Assembly (NCBI GenBank): GCA_029953675.1
Contig: JAMWBK010000002.1
Location: forward strand, 620,001 to 684,000
Source of the DNA: Rhodosorus marinus CCMP1338
Lineage: Eukaryota; Plantae; Rhodophyta
Reading direction: 5' to 3'
DNA length: 64,000 nucleotides
This document shows, piece after piece, positions 24,551 through 36,537 of this stretch. The position numbers and the translations under genes are program-made. Every line of letters starts with the position of its first letter. Position 1 is the first letter of the stretch. The notes beneath the pieces are model-generated. The model saw nothing but the letters and a program-made list of their open reading frames with translations, did not search any database and was not told the origin of the DNA.

Positions 24551-27500
24551 CTATCGCTGGCACAACGCCTCAAGTTGCTTCGTTAGTTCCGAAAACCGAG
24601 GCCTCTTCTCGGGAGAATCGTTCAAGCACTGCTTAATCATCTTTCGAAACTCCGGGATACACTCAATCCCGTCAGGAACATGAAGCTTCTCCCCGCAGCT
24701 TCCAACCTAGGATTGGTCAAGGAACGCCCATTTCAGCGGAAGGACGGGAAGAGTACCATTTTGCCTGTCATTGCCCTCCAGGGCTACAAACCTTGTACAC
24801 GATCTGCAGAGAATGACTATCTTTCCAGGGCTTCTCGCACATGACGAGTTCCCACAAAATAACTCCAAACGAAAACACATCAGATTGCTGATTGAACTTT
24901 TCCTGCCGCAGAGCCTCCGGGGCCATCCACTCAGGGGTTCCGTTGGGAGACGTGTTGCAGCGCGACTCGATCAGAGGTCTCGACAGACCGAAATCGGTTA
25001 CTTTCACCTAAAGGTCAGGATCAATCGCACCGCATAGTGAACGTCAGACGAGAAAATCCCGTACACGCTAAGACTGGGGTTACTTTAGTCTGGTCTTCGT
25101 CGATACTTACCTCAAGGACGTTTTTCCCGAGAAGAACGTTCGGTGACTTCAGGTCGCGGTGAATAATTATTGGATTAAGACCGTGGAGGTATGCCATACC
25201 ACGGGCAATACCAAAAGCTATATAAGCAGTCTTAACAAGTGGGAAAGGGCCCAAGCTCTGCCTTCTTCGTCTGTGAATGGCCCTATACAAACTTCCTCCT
25301 TGCATGTACTCAAGCAGAATGGCATAGTTTGGTGCCTGCAAGCTAGCGCCGAGGAACGATACAACGTTCTGGTGACTCAGTCGGCTCATCAGCTTAATCT
25401 CCAGCATGAACTCCGCGATCACGTCCTCCACCTCTTCATCTTCAATCTTTTGCAGTGTCTTCACTGCAACCATTTCTGTCTTATACTTGGCCTTATACAC
25501 CTGAAAACGGAGGAAAACCCAGGACGGTTTGCATTAAACACACGCAAACTATAAAACTAGGAGGAGCTTGAGTGAGTCCTTTTTGCTGTCTCGCTGTCAC
25601 TTTGAAGATACAATACCTCTCCAAATCCACCACCACCGATTCTCGGACCAAACACAAGCTGGCTAAAGTCTATCGACCATGCATCCTTCCAGTGTTGATC
25701 AAAGTACGCATTCACTATGCGGTCATCTTCACTTTCTCCAGGGTGGGCGGTATTAAATAGTTGATTATGTTGATTATCTTGCTGTCCTCCTTGTTTTTCC
25801 ATCATCAATTTGTCAGCAACGGTAAGTTGAGACCGCAGCATTGTGTCCGCCCTCTCCATGTTCGACTGTGTCGAGCGTACGGAGTGTTCGTCGCTCATTG
25901 GATCGAGCTTGACCTTTGAGTCTGGCGCCTGCACCATCGACAGAATGCCGTCCAGCAGCAAACGAGCCTTGTCAAAGGATCTACAAAAACCGAACCCGCT
26001 GACGTTAGAACAAGAAGTTCTACTTTGACGTATTCACGAGAGGTTAGACGACGACGTACTCTTCTCTGCAATCTATTCCCTCTGTAACGACAAGCCGGCC
26101 AGCCAGTGGAGTAAGATCGCAATTCTTCCAAAAGAGGGGAAGTATAAATCCTCCCTGTTCATCGAAATGACGGCAGTACGCAATTGAGAACGCTTCAGTG
26201 CATTCCACGTTGTTAAAGTAGTCATCCGACAACAACGAGAGAAACATTCTTGAGTGACTGATCGCATCCATATGCCTGGAAACAACACCCCTATCGCGAA
26301 CAGACATCATGGTCCTGGAAGAATAAGAAGCATTCTTGTCTCAGCATGCGCTAAGGAAAAGATCGAATTCAAACTTGCGGGCCCGTTGCCTACGTTGGCT
26401 CTGCGTTGTATATTCTAATGCTCGGCTCGTTGGTTCGCAAATAGTCGATCATCTGCATCGCGGTTTCGCTCTCGGCCACGGAGTAACTCAAAAATACGTC
26501 GTAGGACTGCTTAGTCTGGAGAAGGCTTGCGCCCATTAGCTTTTCCTTCATCCCAGCGAATATTTCCATATCCTTCGTGATATTATCATCGTTTGGTAGC
26601 AGTATCCTGACACTGGTCAGAGGGAGTCCCATCTGCATCCAATGGTAGCAGACCTCCGTTGTGACCTTCACAAAATGCTTTCTAAGGGATGGACTCAGCA
26701 AAGCTCCCGAGAGTGGTAGCATAACGGAGCTGTAGTCGGAAAAGAAACCAAACATCCGTGAGTAAAACATCGCTTATCTACGGGTTTTTTGACTGACTGA
26801 AACTACTGGAACTGAAAGAAGGCTTACCGTATCTGTATGTCTCCACCAATAACCGTCGTCAAGCACTTCATCACGTCAAGAACGATGTTGTCGTCTTTTG
26901 TCAACTCCTCTCCCGGGTCCTCGTAGACAAGGAGTCTCTTGTATTCGAGACCTACTGGTCTAGGCTTATGCAGAGGCCCAGACAACCAGCAGTGGTAGTG
27001 TCTTCTGTACGAAGGCTGCGGCTTTGTCTCCCCTTCCAAAGCACTCAGATCGATTCCACATCGATTCAGCCCAGCAAGTGCAGAATCTCGCTTCCCCTTG
27101 TAAAGACCGCGTTTTCTTAAGTAGACAATTAGCAGGTCCGTCTCATCTTCCCCTGAGAGCTTCTCCACGGATCCCTGCACCAACTCAATTCTTGCAACTT
27201 TATCCTTTCGATGTACATTGATGAAATCAAGATGCTTAAGGCCGAACTGTGCAGCGTCGCTGTGAGCCGAAGTCTCGTCACCGTTGTTCGTAACCCAGGA
27301 AACGACATCGACGAAATTGGAGTCCTCCGCATTATTATTTACACCGGGCTTGTTCAAAGCCCTTCGGGAGGAGGACGTCACCTCGGCCTTCGATCCAGGA
27401 ACACTTGATTCTCCTCTCTCTGCCATCGTCTCGGATTTTGGTCGAAAAAGTCCACGACGCTTTCCCGAACGAGATTGTCCACTCTTGGCGGTTGAATCTG

Positions 27501-27558
27501 ATTCAGGCCCATCCTTGTTGCTAGATTTCGACGACACAACAGATCCTCTATTCCCCAT
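24551..27558 (-). CDS. N-myristoylated Macro-like + TIR + Raf-like (TKL) protein kinase, 7 exons, 815 aa
   Basis: Exons 27558-26828, 26729-26394, 26314-26060, 25980-25617, 25500-25111, 25007-24792, 24706-24551. All junctions are GT-AG and phase-compatible; total 2448 nt. Motifs: MGNRGS; RIELVQGSVEKL..DLLIV; YDVFLSYS; LLSDDYFNNVECTEAFSIA; GGGGFGEV, VAVK, HRDLKSPN, DFG, GTPEWMAPE. Confidence 0.88.
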
Positions 27559-28153
27559 GTTAACTTATTCTATCTCACGAAACACACAAACAAAATCTGT
27601 ATTATCCTAAACCTGCTTTCGATACGGCTCTTACACCATCAGCAAAGCTTGCTAACTCAGTTCCAACCTCGTTTGCAACAAGAGCCAAACCGCTCATCAT
27701 TAAACCCTCGCTCACCTACCACCATCCCCTACTCTCACCCCAAACTAAACAACTCAACCGCCCTCCACCCCTCTGCTCCCTACTCCACCCAACCGCTTAA
27801 AGCCCTTGGATTTTTCAAACCAACCAGAAACCTCCCAACCTTGGCAAGCCCCCGTATCTGTCAGGCCTAACAGAAGAACAATAACTCTGTACCCCCACCA
27901 CCCCCAACCCCCCGACCCGCCCCGCCCCGCCCCCGTCTCAACAGCCAAGCAAGAAGATGCTCAACTCTTCATACATTCAACTCATCCATTTCCAGATTAA
28001 AAGCAACAAACAAACCTTAAAAAACCGAATCCAAAAAAAAACAACAAACCCGTAGTCCATATCACACCCACCTCCCCCTCCCCCTTCCCTCCTAAAACAG
28101 TCCTCCTTATAACCCTGAATACCCTTGCTAGATCCTCATGCCAACGTACATCC

Positions 28154-28213
28154 CCATCACCATCACCACTACCACCACCTCCACCACCACCACCACCACC
28201 TCCTCCTCCTCCA
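28154..28213. repeat. (CAC)n(CTC)n trinucleotide microsatellite
   Basis: ccatcaccatcaccactaccaccacctccaccaccaccaccaccacctcctcctcctcc. Confidence 0.8.
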
Positions 28214-29421
28214 CCCCTTCAGTACTATGCAGCTATGCAGAATACACACAGCTAGCTCCCCCGTTTCTCTTTGTCATCTTCCTCACCGCCATTTTTCCCA
28301 CTCAAACTTACAAAAAAAAGTCTCCTCCTTCCCCCCCGAAACAAAGAAAATTTCGTATTCTTTTTTTTTTAGTACACTAAAACCCTTCGAACGCTTATCC
28401 TTACACGGACGCGACCCTTTAGTACAAACCAGTTCCGTACTAAAGCAATATAGTAGTAATATTTTGAGTAGATAGTACAGAACAGGCTCCATAAAAAACC
28501 AACGCAACTTGAAATGTGCTATTTATCCGGTTGATCACCTAATACCCTCAACTTCAATAAAAAGGGAACAAAAATAGGGTTTATTTCTATCTCAAGTTGT
28601 CGTGGAAGGGGGGGGGGGGTGGAGGGAAAGAAATGATGCCTCGTGATCGTAGCAACATAGTGTACTACACCCTAGATGCCTGGACCGAAAATATGTATAA
28701 TATGGTTTTTTATTTAAACATTCAACAACAACGGTTCGAATATACCCCCCTACCCATTTGTCATTTGTGTGAGATATTGGGGTCTCCTATCCCTTGATTA
28801 TTTCACACAGCAAAGGGGTGTTGAAAACTCAAACTTTGCTTAACTTTTCATGCTCCATTTTTTTCCTGAAAATCTTTTGAAATACCGAAAATAAGGAGGC
28901 GGAAATTTCTATTTTAGAAAGGCTAAAATGAAACGGAAATTCATATAAAAATAATTGAAATAAAATTGTCCTCTCTATATTAAATGAATAAATGCATATA
29001 TTTATTAGTTAAAAGTAAGAAGATACTCTTCAGCGACAATAGTTAAGGGGGGGTCGTGGATATCCGCACAACGGGAAATGCCAAAATGGAAAGAAAACTT
29101 CTCAGAATGTCACTGAGAGAGGAATAGGGGAAGGGGGATGAGGTTATATTTACAGGTAGAATTGTGGGGGATAAAAGAGTTTGGATTTTTAGAGTATCTC
29201 TTGCAGTAGAAGAGCAACCACAACAGTCCACACATGGACGGGAGACTCTCCGGGAGCGTTGGGATGGTAATGGACTGGTAAGAGACTCACCTAGTTAGGA
29301 AGGAGTAAGCAATAATCCCGGTGTTGTAAGCTGAAACTCTTCAAAACGATACACATATTTCCGACATCTTGTTTGCGCCGCATCACGCACTCGACTTAGA
29401 CAGTTTCCGAGTATTTTCCCA

Positions 29422-29534
29422 CCACCATGGCCCTCTTTCAGTTGCCCCCACTCCAGATTCGCTTTTTTTACCGCTTAAGCTCATTCAGTAACGTTTACGT
29501 TCTTCATCGACAGGCCATGGTGGATGTCTCCTGA
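29422..29534 (+). ncRNA. Weak candidate structured or guide ncRNA
   Basis: 11-bp inverted repeat (29422-29432 / 29513-29523) enclosing a 15-nt segment antisense to the conserved 5.8S rRNA motif; CTGA at 29531. Confidence 0.2.
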
Positions 29535-30580
29535 TGAGTTCCTATGACAAAAATGAGCATATTATTTAATTTGTTTTACAATTTAAGGAAAACTCTTGGG
29601 AAAAAGGTCCACAAGCTTTACAGTCAGATAGATATGCATTTATGCGTATATGGTGCAAAAAGTAAAAAAACAACACGTCCCAATGGCATTATTGAAGAAA
29701 AGCTTCGGCGGATAAGCGCATTTATAAGGTGTTTTCCCAAAATATATGTTCAATGCCCAAATTTTTTTGTGGGAAGGGGTGGCGGCTTGGTTTTTTTTCC
29801 TTCCTTCGTGTAAGTTAATATCGCCCGGTGGACCAGATTTACCCTCCCCCCCCCGCTTTTTTACATTTCGGACTGGAGTCGAAATAAGACTAAATGGCAT
29901 TTTTTGCCATGCAAAAAAAAATCTTCAAAAAGTGATCTCCCCCGGCGAATTTTAGGGGTTTTCTCAATCGTTTAGCTCCAATTGGTTCTGGAAGGTATTT
30001 TCCTGAGCTCTGTTAGTATTTGTGTAGTTGCTCAAATCCCAGACAACGATTTCTCCATAGACCTGATTTGAGATAAAATACAATATATGAAAACCTTAGT
30101 CAAAAGATGAATTATTGAACACGCTCAAAACACTTCAGTTTGTGGGGAGAAATCGTAGTTGTGAGGCATGATGTATTAACATGTAAAAGGAGTCCAAAAT
30201 CGATGCCAGGTCGGCGACGACAGTAAGGTGACACTTACAGCATGTTCATCTTTCTTTTCTTTTTTTTCAAAACCGTTTTTAGATTTTGGTCAAATTCGCC
30301 GTAAAGGCAAACGATCGTCCAGGAACATTCTTTGCATTAGCGGCCGTCGCAGGGGATATCAAGAATATGCGCCCTTCCCAGTTTATTTCTTTGCTTTTCT
30401 CCTGCCTGAAATTTGGGCGGTGATTCCGCTGTGCCATTTGGAGTCATTACTAGTTGGAGACGTTCCCCTAATCTGTTAGCTTGATCCTTCCAAACTTGTG
30501 AGACAGGTTAATCGAGCCTTTATCTGCAAGGCAGAAATTGGAAAATTTATGTACGGCGGCGTGCACCCTATTAGTCTAGC

Positions 30581-30793
30581 TCACGCAGGAAGAACAATGT
30601 ATGGGTCAAAATCCTCGACATGGTTGACTTCCCGTCGTTTTTGGCTGCTTCGCTTTGCCATTTGGCCAACTCTTGACAAAGCTGAGCTCAGCGAGAATAG
30701 TTCGCTCAATACGTTTTGATACAGAAGCTCAGAGTAGAGCCTCTCGTATTTCTGCTCAGCGGGTTTTCCCGCTGCTGCAGCTCCAATGTCCAT
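30581..30793 (-). CDS. Possible small hypothetical protein (70 aa)
   Basis: True ATG in aaatATGG context with a helical-looking sequence; no recognisable domain. Confidence 0.25.
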   Translation of the reverse strand: MDIGAAAAGKPAEQKYERLYSELLYQNVLSELFSLSSALSRVGQMAKRSSQKRREVNHVEDFDPYIVLPA

Positions 30794-30928
30794 ATTTCTG
30801 CTCCAAATCAGAATAATAGCTCGTGTGACGTCTGACTCCTACGTAAGTGCAAGTTGTTCCTCGACTACAACAGGCCTGAAACAACTCACATCCAAAGCTT
30901 TTGTTATTAGTGGGAACCACGGTCTTCT

Positions 30929-32314
30929 TCATCCGCAACTGGCGTCTCCTTCAGCGTCCTTGCCGGGCAGCTGGTCGTCATCTCGGGTGAGCAAGTAACT
31001 GGCGGGAATCTTGACCTTTTGATAAAATTCCTTCTTGACAGTCCTCGGTTTCCTATCGCCTTCGGACGGAGGGCACTGACGATCATCGAGCGTATGGAGG
31101 TACCATGACAGCTCCGTAAAACTATCTGCGCTCATCAGCTGTCCCATGACAACCGAAGGGATCGAGTACCCGGTGAGGTACCACTTGATCACCTTCCTCA
31201 ACGATCTTATTAAGTACTTCTCCTCAGTCCACGTGCTCGACCATTCCAGGGCAAGCTGGACGTGTCTGAGGATCACCTCTCGTACCTGAGGAAAACGGTG
31301 GAAGGATAGCACACGCCCAGTGAGCAGTGGGAAAGGAATGGTTTGGCCTAACGAGCTCTCCGCTTTCTACTGAAAACCAGTGCTGCGTATTTTTGGAAAG
31401 TGTCTCACCTCGCCAAGGGTGGGGTTCAACGGGACATCATGGCCTTTCAATGAGCTTTCTATTTCTCTGAACAGCCAGGGGTATCCCAGGCAACCTCGGC
31501 CAATAATTACTCCAGCACATCCTGTCTGGTCCATCATTTTCCGAGCGTCAGAGCCTCGGAATATGTCGCCATTGCCCAGCACAGGAATGCTTAACGCATT
31601 AACCAGCTCCGCGATGTTTGACCAGTCTGCTTGACCGGCGTACAACATTTCCGCAGTTCTCGCGTGGAGTCCTACTGCGACGCATCCCTCAGCCTCACAA
31701 GCCCTCCCAGCGTCGAGGAACGTGGACAGCGAGGCGTCGATGCCCGCTCGAAATTTGGCAGTTACTGGAACGCCCTGTGATGAGGACGCGACACTTCGTA
31801 CCAGTCGCGCCAATAGTTTAGGCTTAACGCAAATCGCCGCTCCTCCTCCTTTGGACGTGACCTGGACAAAGACGCCCAACCAACCAAATTTGGTCGTTAC
31901 TTAATCGTGCGCGGGTCGCGGCATTTTGATGATGCCACGAACCTTTTTCATCGGACATCCAAAGTTGAGATCTATATGGTCAACCTTTCCGTCTTCTACC
32001 AATCTTTTCGTGGCCTCGCTCAAAGTACGCGGATCGACCCCATAGAGCTGAATGCTACGCGGATGCTCATCCTCGCCGAAGCTAGTCTTCATGCTCGTCT
32101 CAGCGTTCGGTCTAGAAACCCCGGAAGCCAGAACCATCTCAGATACGCACAGCGGGGCTCCAAATTCGCGACAGATCTTCCGAAAGGGATAGTTGGTCAC
32201 CCCCGCCATCGGGGCCAGGACTACTGGGGGGTCGACAACCAGCGGTCCAATCTGGAGCGGCCGAGCGGATCCTGGAGTTTTCACTCCAGAAAGGCTCGAA
32301 GCGAACGCGTTCAT
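30929..32314 (-). CDS. dusB: tRNA-dihydrouridine synthase, bacterial DusB/NifR3 type (3 exons)
   Basis: VVLAPMAGVTN, SIQLYG, HIDLNFGCPMKKV|TSKGGGAA, PVTAKFRAG, LHARTA, IPVLGNGDI, IIGRGCLGYPWLF, RKVIKWYL. Confidence 0.92.
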
Positions 32315-32440
32315 CCCTTCGCTCAATCTCTAAACCCTCATCAAAGGAACAAACGTAAACTCATCCTACCAAAGACAGTGCATCTGCTTCTGCCCTCTCC
32401 AGTTTGCTATCGACATTTCCAAGGCGAATCTAGTTGAACA

Positions 32441-32653
32441 ACTGACGGAACTCTTTGAAGATCTCATGAATAGAGGAAGATTTTCTCATTGCGTTCTTGA
32501 GAAGAGTCCTACAGCAAGCTGGTAAGCACTCTTGAGGGATCCTCTCCATCGCGGAATGAGATGACGCTGGCACAGATTACTTCACAGACAGTGCCAACAC
32601 CTATCTTCCGAGATTCGTTGGCAGGCATGAGATCTTCAAAGAGTTCCGTCAGT
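32441..32653. repeat. Perfect 28-bp inverted repeat with 157-nt spacer
   Basis: 32441-32468 actgacggaactctttgaagatctcatg is the exact reverse complement of 32626-32653. Confidence 0.92.
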
Positions 32654-33000
32654 GCTCTATTCTGTGGCGAGTTTAGCAGTGGGTTACATCCATCAGACCA
32701 TAAGGTCTTCATAAGCAAATGGCCTCGTTGAAGACGTGCCAGAGCGCGCGTTGCTCGCAGGACCTTCCAGGTTGTGCTTCGAGGTCACTGGAAACTCGAA
32801 GGCCTGGGTGTCTCCGTGCTTGACTTTGTCAGTGAGTACCGCGAAGTAGTTTGATTTGCAAGGAGCGTGAGACGTGGAAGAATTGGCACTAGAAATTTCC
32901 GTGTTGGCTTCGAGCCGGCATGTTGGGTTGAGCGTTCCATGAGTAAGAGCTGGGTGGAGTAATTGAAGTTTATTAAATCTTACGAGTTAGAGTTAAACAA

Positions 33001-33873
33001 TTAGGTGCTGGATTCACCGAGGGCCTCAACCTTCAAGGACGGATCCAAATCCCAGCAGATGGGAGTGTTTCCAGTAAGTGCGTAGACAAGGCCTTCCAAC
33101 TTCCTGAAAAATTTGGTCCTATCCAGGAAATCGTTGCACACACCGTTTACGATACAGTAATTGCCTTCGAACGGATTGCGGTGGTGTTGGCCATGAACCT
33201 TGGTTGATATCAACAGACCAGCGGCCATGAGAAACTTAACCGGTGCGCTCGGTCGCTGCATGTGGGACCACTTGTGGAATTCCTGAGCCAATACCGAAAG
33301 AGTCACAGTCGTGCATAGGAAGGCCTCAACAGCAACTGGCATTTGAAAGGCCAACATCAATGCGAACATGGGAATCCCGACAATTGCCGGCCTCGAAATG
33401 TTGTTGAACAGCCCGCGGTTCGTAATGGTCCAGGGAGAGGCATGATGTCCCTGGAAAGCTTCAATCTGGTAGCCGAAAACTGGAGTATCCTTGGTCCCGT
33501 AATTGTCCAGCGCCCAGTGGTAAATTCCACTTCCAGCGTCAGCAAACAGATATCCAGCCGCCACTCCGAGCAAAGCTGTTGCCAGACCAAAACCAGATCC
33601 AACTTGCGTGGACAAGGAAATAGCCTCCGCTGCAGCCAGCATACCAGCTCCTAGAACGGAACCAATCATCCACGGCTCATCTTGTAGTTTGTCACCCTCT
33701 GTATGCAGTACGGGTTCTCTTCCCCTGTTCTTCTCCTTCAGCGGTTCCGTCCTCACTGATCCCACTCGTGGAGTTTCCACTACACTCACGGTACACCTTC
33801 GGCGCTTCTCCACACACTTCGTCCCTCTCACTCCGGTCACAGTGGACCACGCGCTCACCCCCACGAAAGCCAT
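33001..33873 (-). CDS. FAD4: Plastid fatty acid desaturase 4 (FAD4/TMEM189/CarF family)
   Basis: MAFVG transit peptide; ADAGSGIYHWALDNYG, FQGHHASPW, QEFHKWSH, HGQHHRNPFEGNYCIVNGVCN His motifs; intronless. Confidence 0.93.
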   Translation of the reverse strand: MAFVGVSAWSTVTGVRGTKCVEKRRRCTVSVVETPRVGSVRTEPLKEKNRGREPVLHTEGDKLQDEPWMIGSVLGAGMLAAAEAISLSTQVGSGFGLATALLGVAAGYLFADAGSGIYHWALDNYGTKDTPVFGYQIEAFQGHHASPWTITNRGLFNNISRPAIVGIPMFALMLAFQMPVAVEAFLCTTVTLSVLAQEFHKWSHMQRPSAPVKFLMAAGLLISTKVHGQHHRNPFEGNYCIVNGVCNDFLDRTKFFRKLEGLVYALTGNTPICWDLDPSLKVEALGESST

Positions 33874-36537
33874 GATCTCCCAAACCGCTAACTTTTCTGG
33901 TCTCTAGCGGCCACAACTGGCAAAGCAGTGAGTTCGTTGATGCATCTTTATATTCATGCGCATCCTGCAATGCAAGAAAACCATGAAACGCCCTTCTCCC
34001 TCTCTCTCTGGTCAGAACAACAGAATCAATCATGCAACCATCCCTTCCTCACCCCAGAGAGCCAGGAATGATTCCCTATAGAATTCTCCAATTTGCAAAC
34101 AACCATAGGAAAGCCTTGGCCGTAGAAAGCAAGTTGCTTGGAAAAGCAACTGTCACCCTATCCGCCAGTTACTTGGCAACCAATGATATCCAGATGTGGA
34201 AAAGGGGACTGGCGCTGGATACTGGATCTGCATTTATTAAGCCAGAAATTCCTGTTTAGAGTAAAAATATTCTGTGGGCAGCGTGATTCTAATCAATTGT
34301 CGTGAACCGGTGGAAATATTCTCGAGCTTACAGCTCATTATTAAGGAGAGGATTGACTAGATTTAGATGAATTGTTTTAGATGAAAAGGTGGGAACATCG
34401 GGGATTGGGGTAGCGAAGGAGGGTGTGGTGATGAGCTTGGCCGGGGGATCGTCTGCGTCTTTCGTCTTATGTTTTGGGACTTTTTGGTGGCGCAAGCAGA
34501 GCTTCCGTACACGTGTAGTGGACTGAACGCCCTCACTCCCATCTGTTGTAACTCTGCTGGAGCAGGGCACCACGGATTTGTTTGCAGCGCACTGGTTTGC
34601 TGTCTGCGGTGACCCTACTCAGGCACGCGGAAGAAGATCGATAGTCTTCCTCGTCAATGATCTTGCTTTCTGAAAAATTCGATGGCGTGTCTAGATTTTG
34701 TATAGACCGACTATGTAGTTGAATAGTTAGCGCCCCTACACTTCCAAGTCGTGGAAGGTACGACGCACCTGGTGCCCTTTCTCAAGTAGAAGCCACAGGC
34801 GGGGGGAGCCGTCGGAGGTCTTACATGACGATGCCGATACCTGTGGATAATTCTTGAAGCGCTAATAGAAGCTCGTCCTACCAGTCTTCCGATCTATTAC
34901 CCCAAACCCCTCGAGCGGATCTTTTCCCAACCCGAACCCGACGGACTGCTCCAAGACGTACCCAGCCTAGTTTTATTCTTAGTTTCTCCATTACTAAACA
35001 AGGAACCGTTCTACTTTGAGCTAAACCACCGCAGACATGGAAGGCTAATGGTCCTTGTACTTTCAACTGAACCAGATCAACCAATTTCGGTCTAAATCCA
35101 CCTTATATAGCTTTCCGAAGAACCAAATATAGACCGTTGATGCCCACAATGGGTTTCTACAAATACACCGCTCTTCCCCTAAATCTATCCCCCCAATAAG
35201 CGTTGCCCTTTCGTACTGGTGACGAGTTTCTGCCCTCAGAGCTCCAAATTGGCTGTTGACTTGTAAACCACAAAAGGGCGAGATCCTTCAACAGACCAAT
35301 CAATCGACATCACCAAGAAACCCGTTGGCCTCAATTTCCCAATCAATTAAATTCTTTTTATCCAATAAAGTTTAATTTCGTAGCCCAACCTGTGATGATT
35401 GGATAAAAACGAAACAAAAATAGAAGAAATGTTCTATCCTAACTTCATATCATTGGACAAACGTATATCAGTATCAAGGAAAAAAAGAGACCAAATATCG
35501 AATATATTACTACAATACTATAAAAGTGACAATGAAATATGATATAATAATGAAGTACGGAAGATACCTTTCAGGATATTTTGAAATTATTTTGTTGAAT
35601 GGAGGTTTTTCTTTGGAATCTTTGAGACCACCAATCAAGACTATCATTTTTTTTTCTTTCTTTTCGAGTCTGTTTGCGAACTAAGCAAGCCGGTCGGGTT
35701 GAATGGATGATGCTTTCCTGCGGACAAGAGCAATGCCGCTTTGAGGAGGTGGCAAATTCTCCTTTATGGTCTTGTTTCCGTGCATTGGAAACGGCAAGAC
35801 TGACTCTATCTCGATTTCCTTCGTTCCCCGTGGTAGGTAGGTGATGGGTGGATCGTAGATGTTTGTGGAAGAGCTGTCGTTCACAAGGCGAGAGCCCGTT
35901 CCTTGTCCGATGAGGTGGGAATAGATGATGAATAGTCGCTTGCAGTAGTAGCATTCTGAGAGCGTCCCGCTCGTGACGAATAGACCTGCCGACGCTACCG
36001 CTTAAGGGAGCCTTCAATGTGGGAGGGAGACCGGTGCGGAACAGTCTGTTCCGTAGGAGCACTAGGGTTTACATTGTATCGAACGTAGACCACTCGCATT
36101 CTCTGGTAGCCGGGAAGTCATCATCTTAAGGGTTTACCTTTAACTGCACTCTGTCTCGAACACAATGCTTGTTCGCTAGCAGCGAGCCTCTTAGATTTAC
36201 AGACAGTATTGACGCTGAAAGTGCCCGCCTCGTCGGCAGAACAAATGCACCGGAGTTCGAAAAGGTTTGACTTATTAACTGTCAAGCCAGAATTTGAGCG
36301 ACTTCGGAGACTTTCGGAAGTTCGTTCGTCGTTGTTGTCATCAGGGAATAGGCTAGTAGCAGAGTCGCTTAACTACGGTTGACTTCGACCTTCCTGGAGG
36401 CAGGGTTGTCAAGAAGGGTCTGAAAACCAGTTGTATTGATCAATCTTAGTTAAAAATGTTTAGAAGGAGGGCAGATTTCGTGCATGGTCAAGAAAGCGGT
36501 GCTCAGCTGAAAATAGCGACTCATCTACAGTTCTCCC

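Noticed and set aside
28125-28475. His-rich or Thr/Ser-rich ORFs
   Set aside because: Products of the (CAC)n(CTC)n microsatellite, with no coding-like context
34328-36062. Exon-like open frames on the minus strand between FAD4 and COG5
   Set aside because: Probably one or two small spliced genes, but no consistent model or motif could be built, so no call is made
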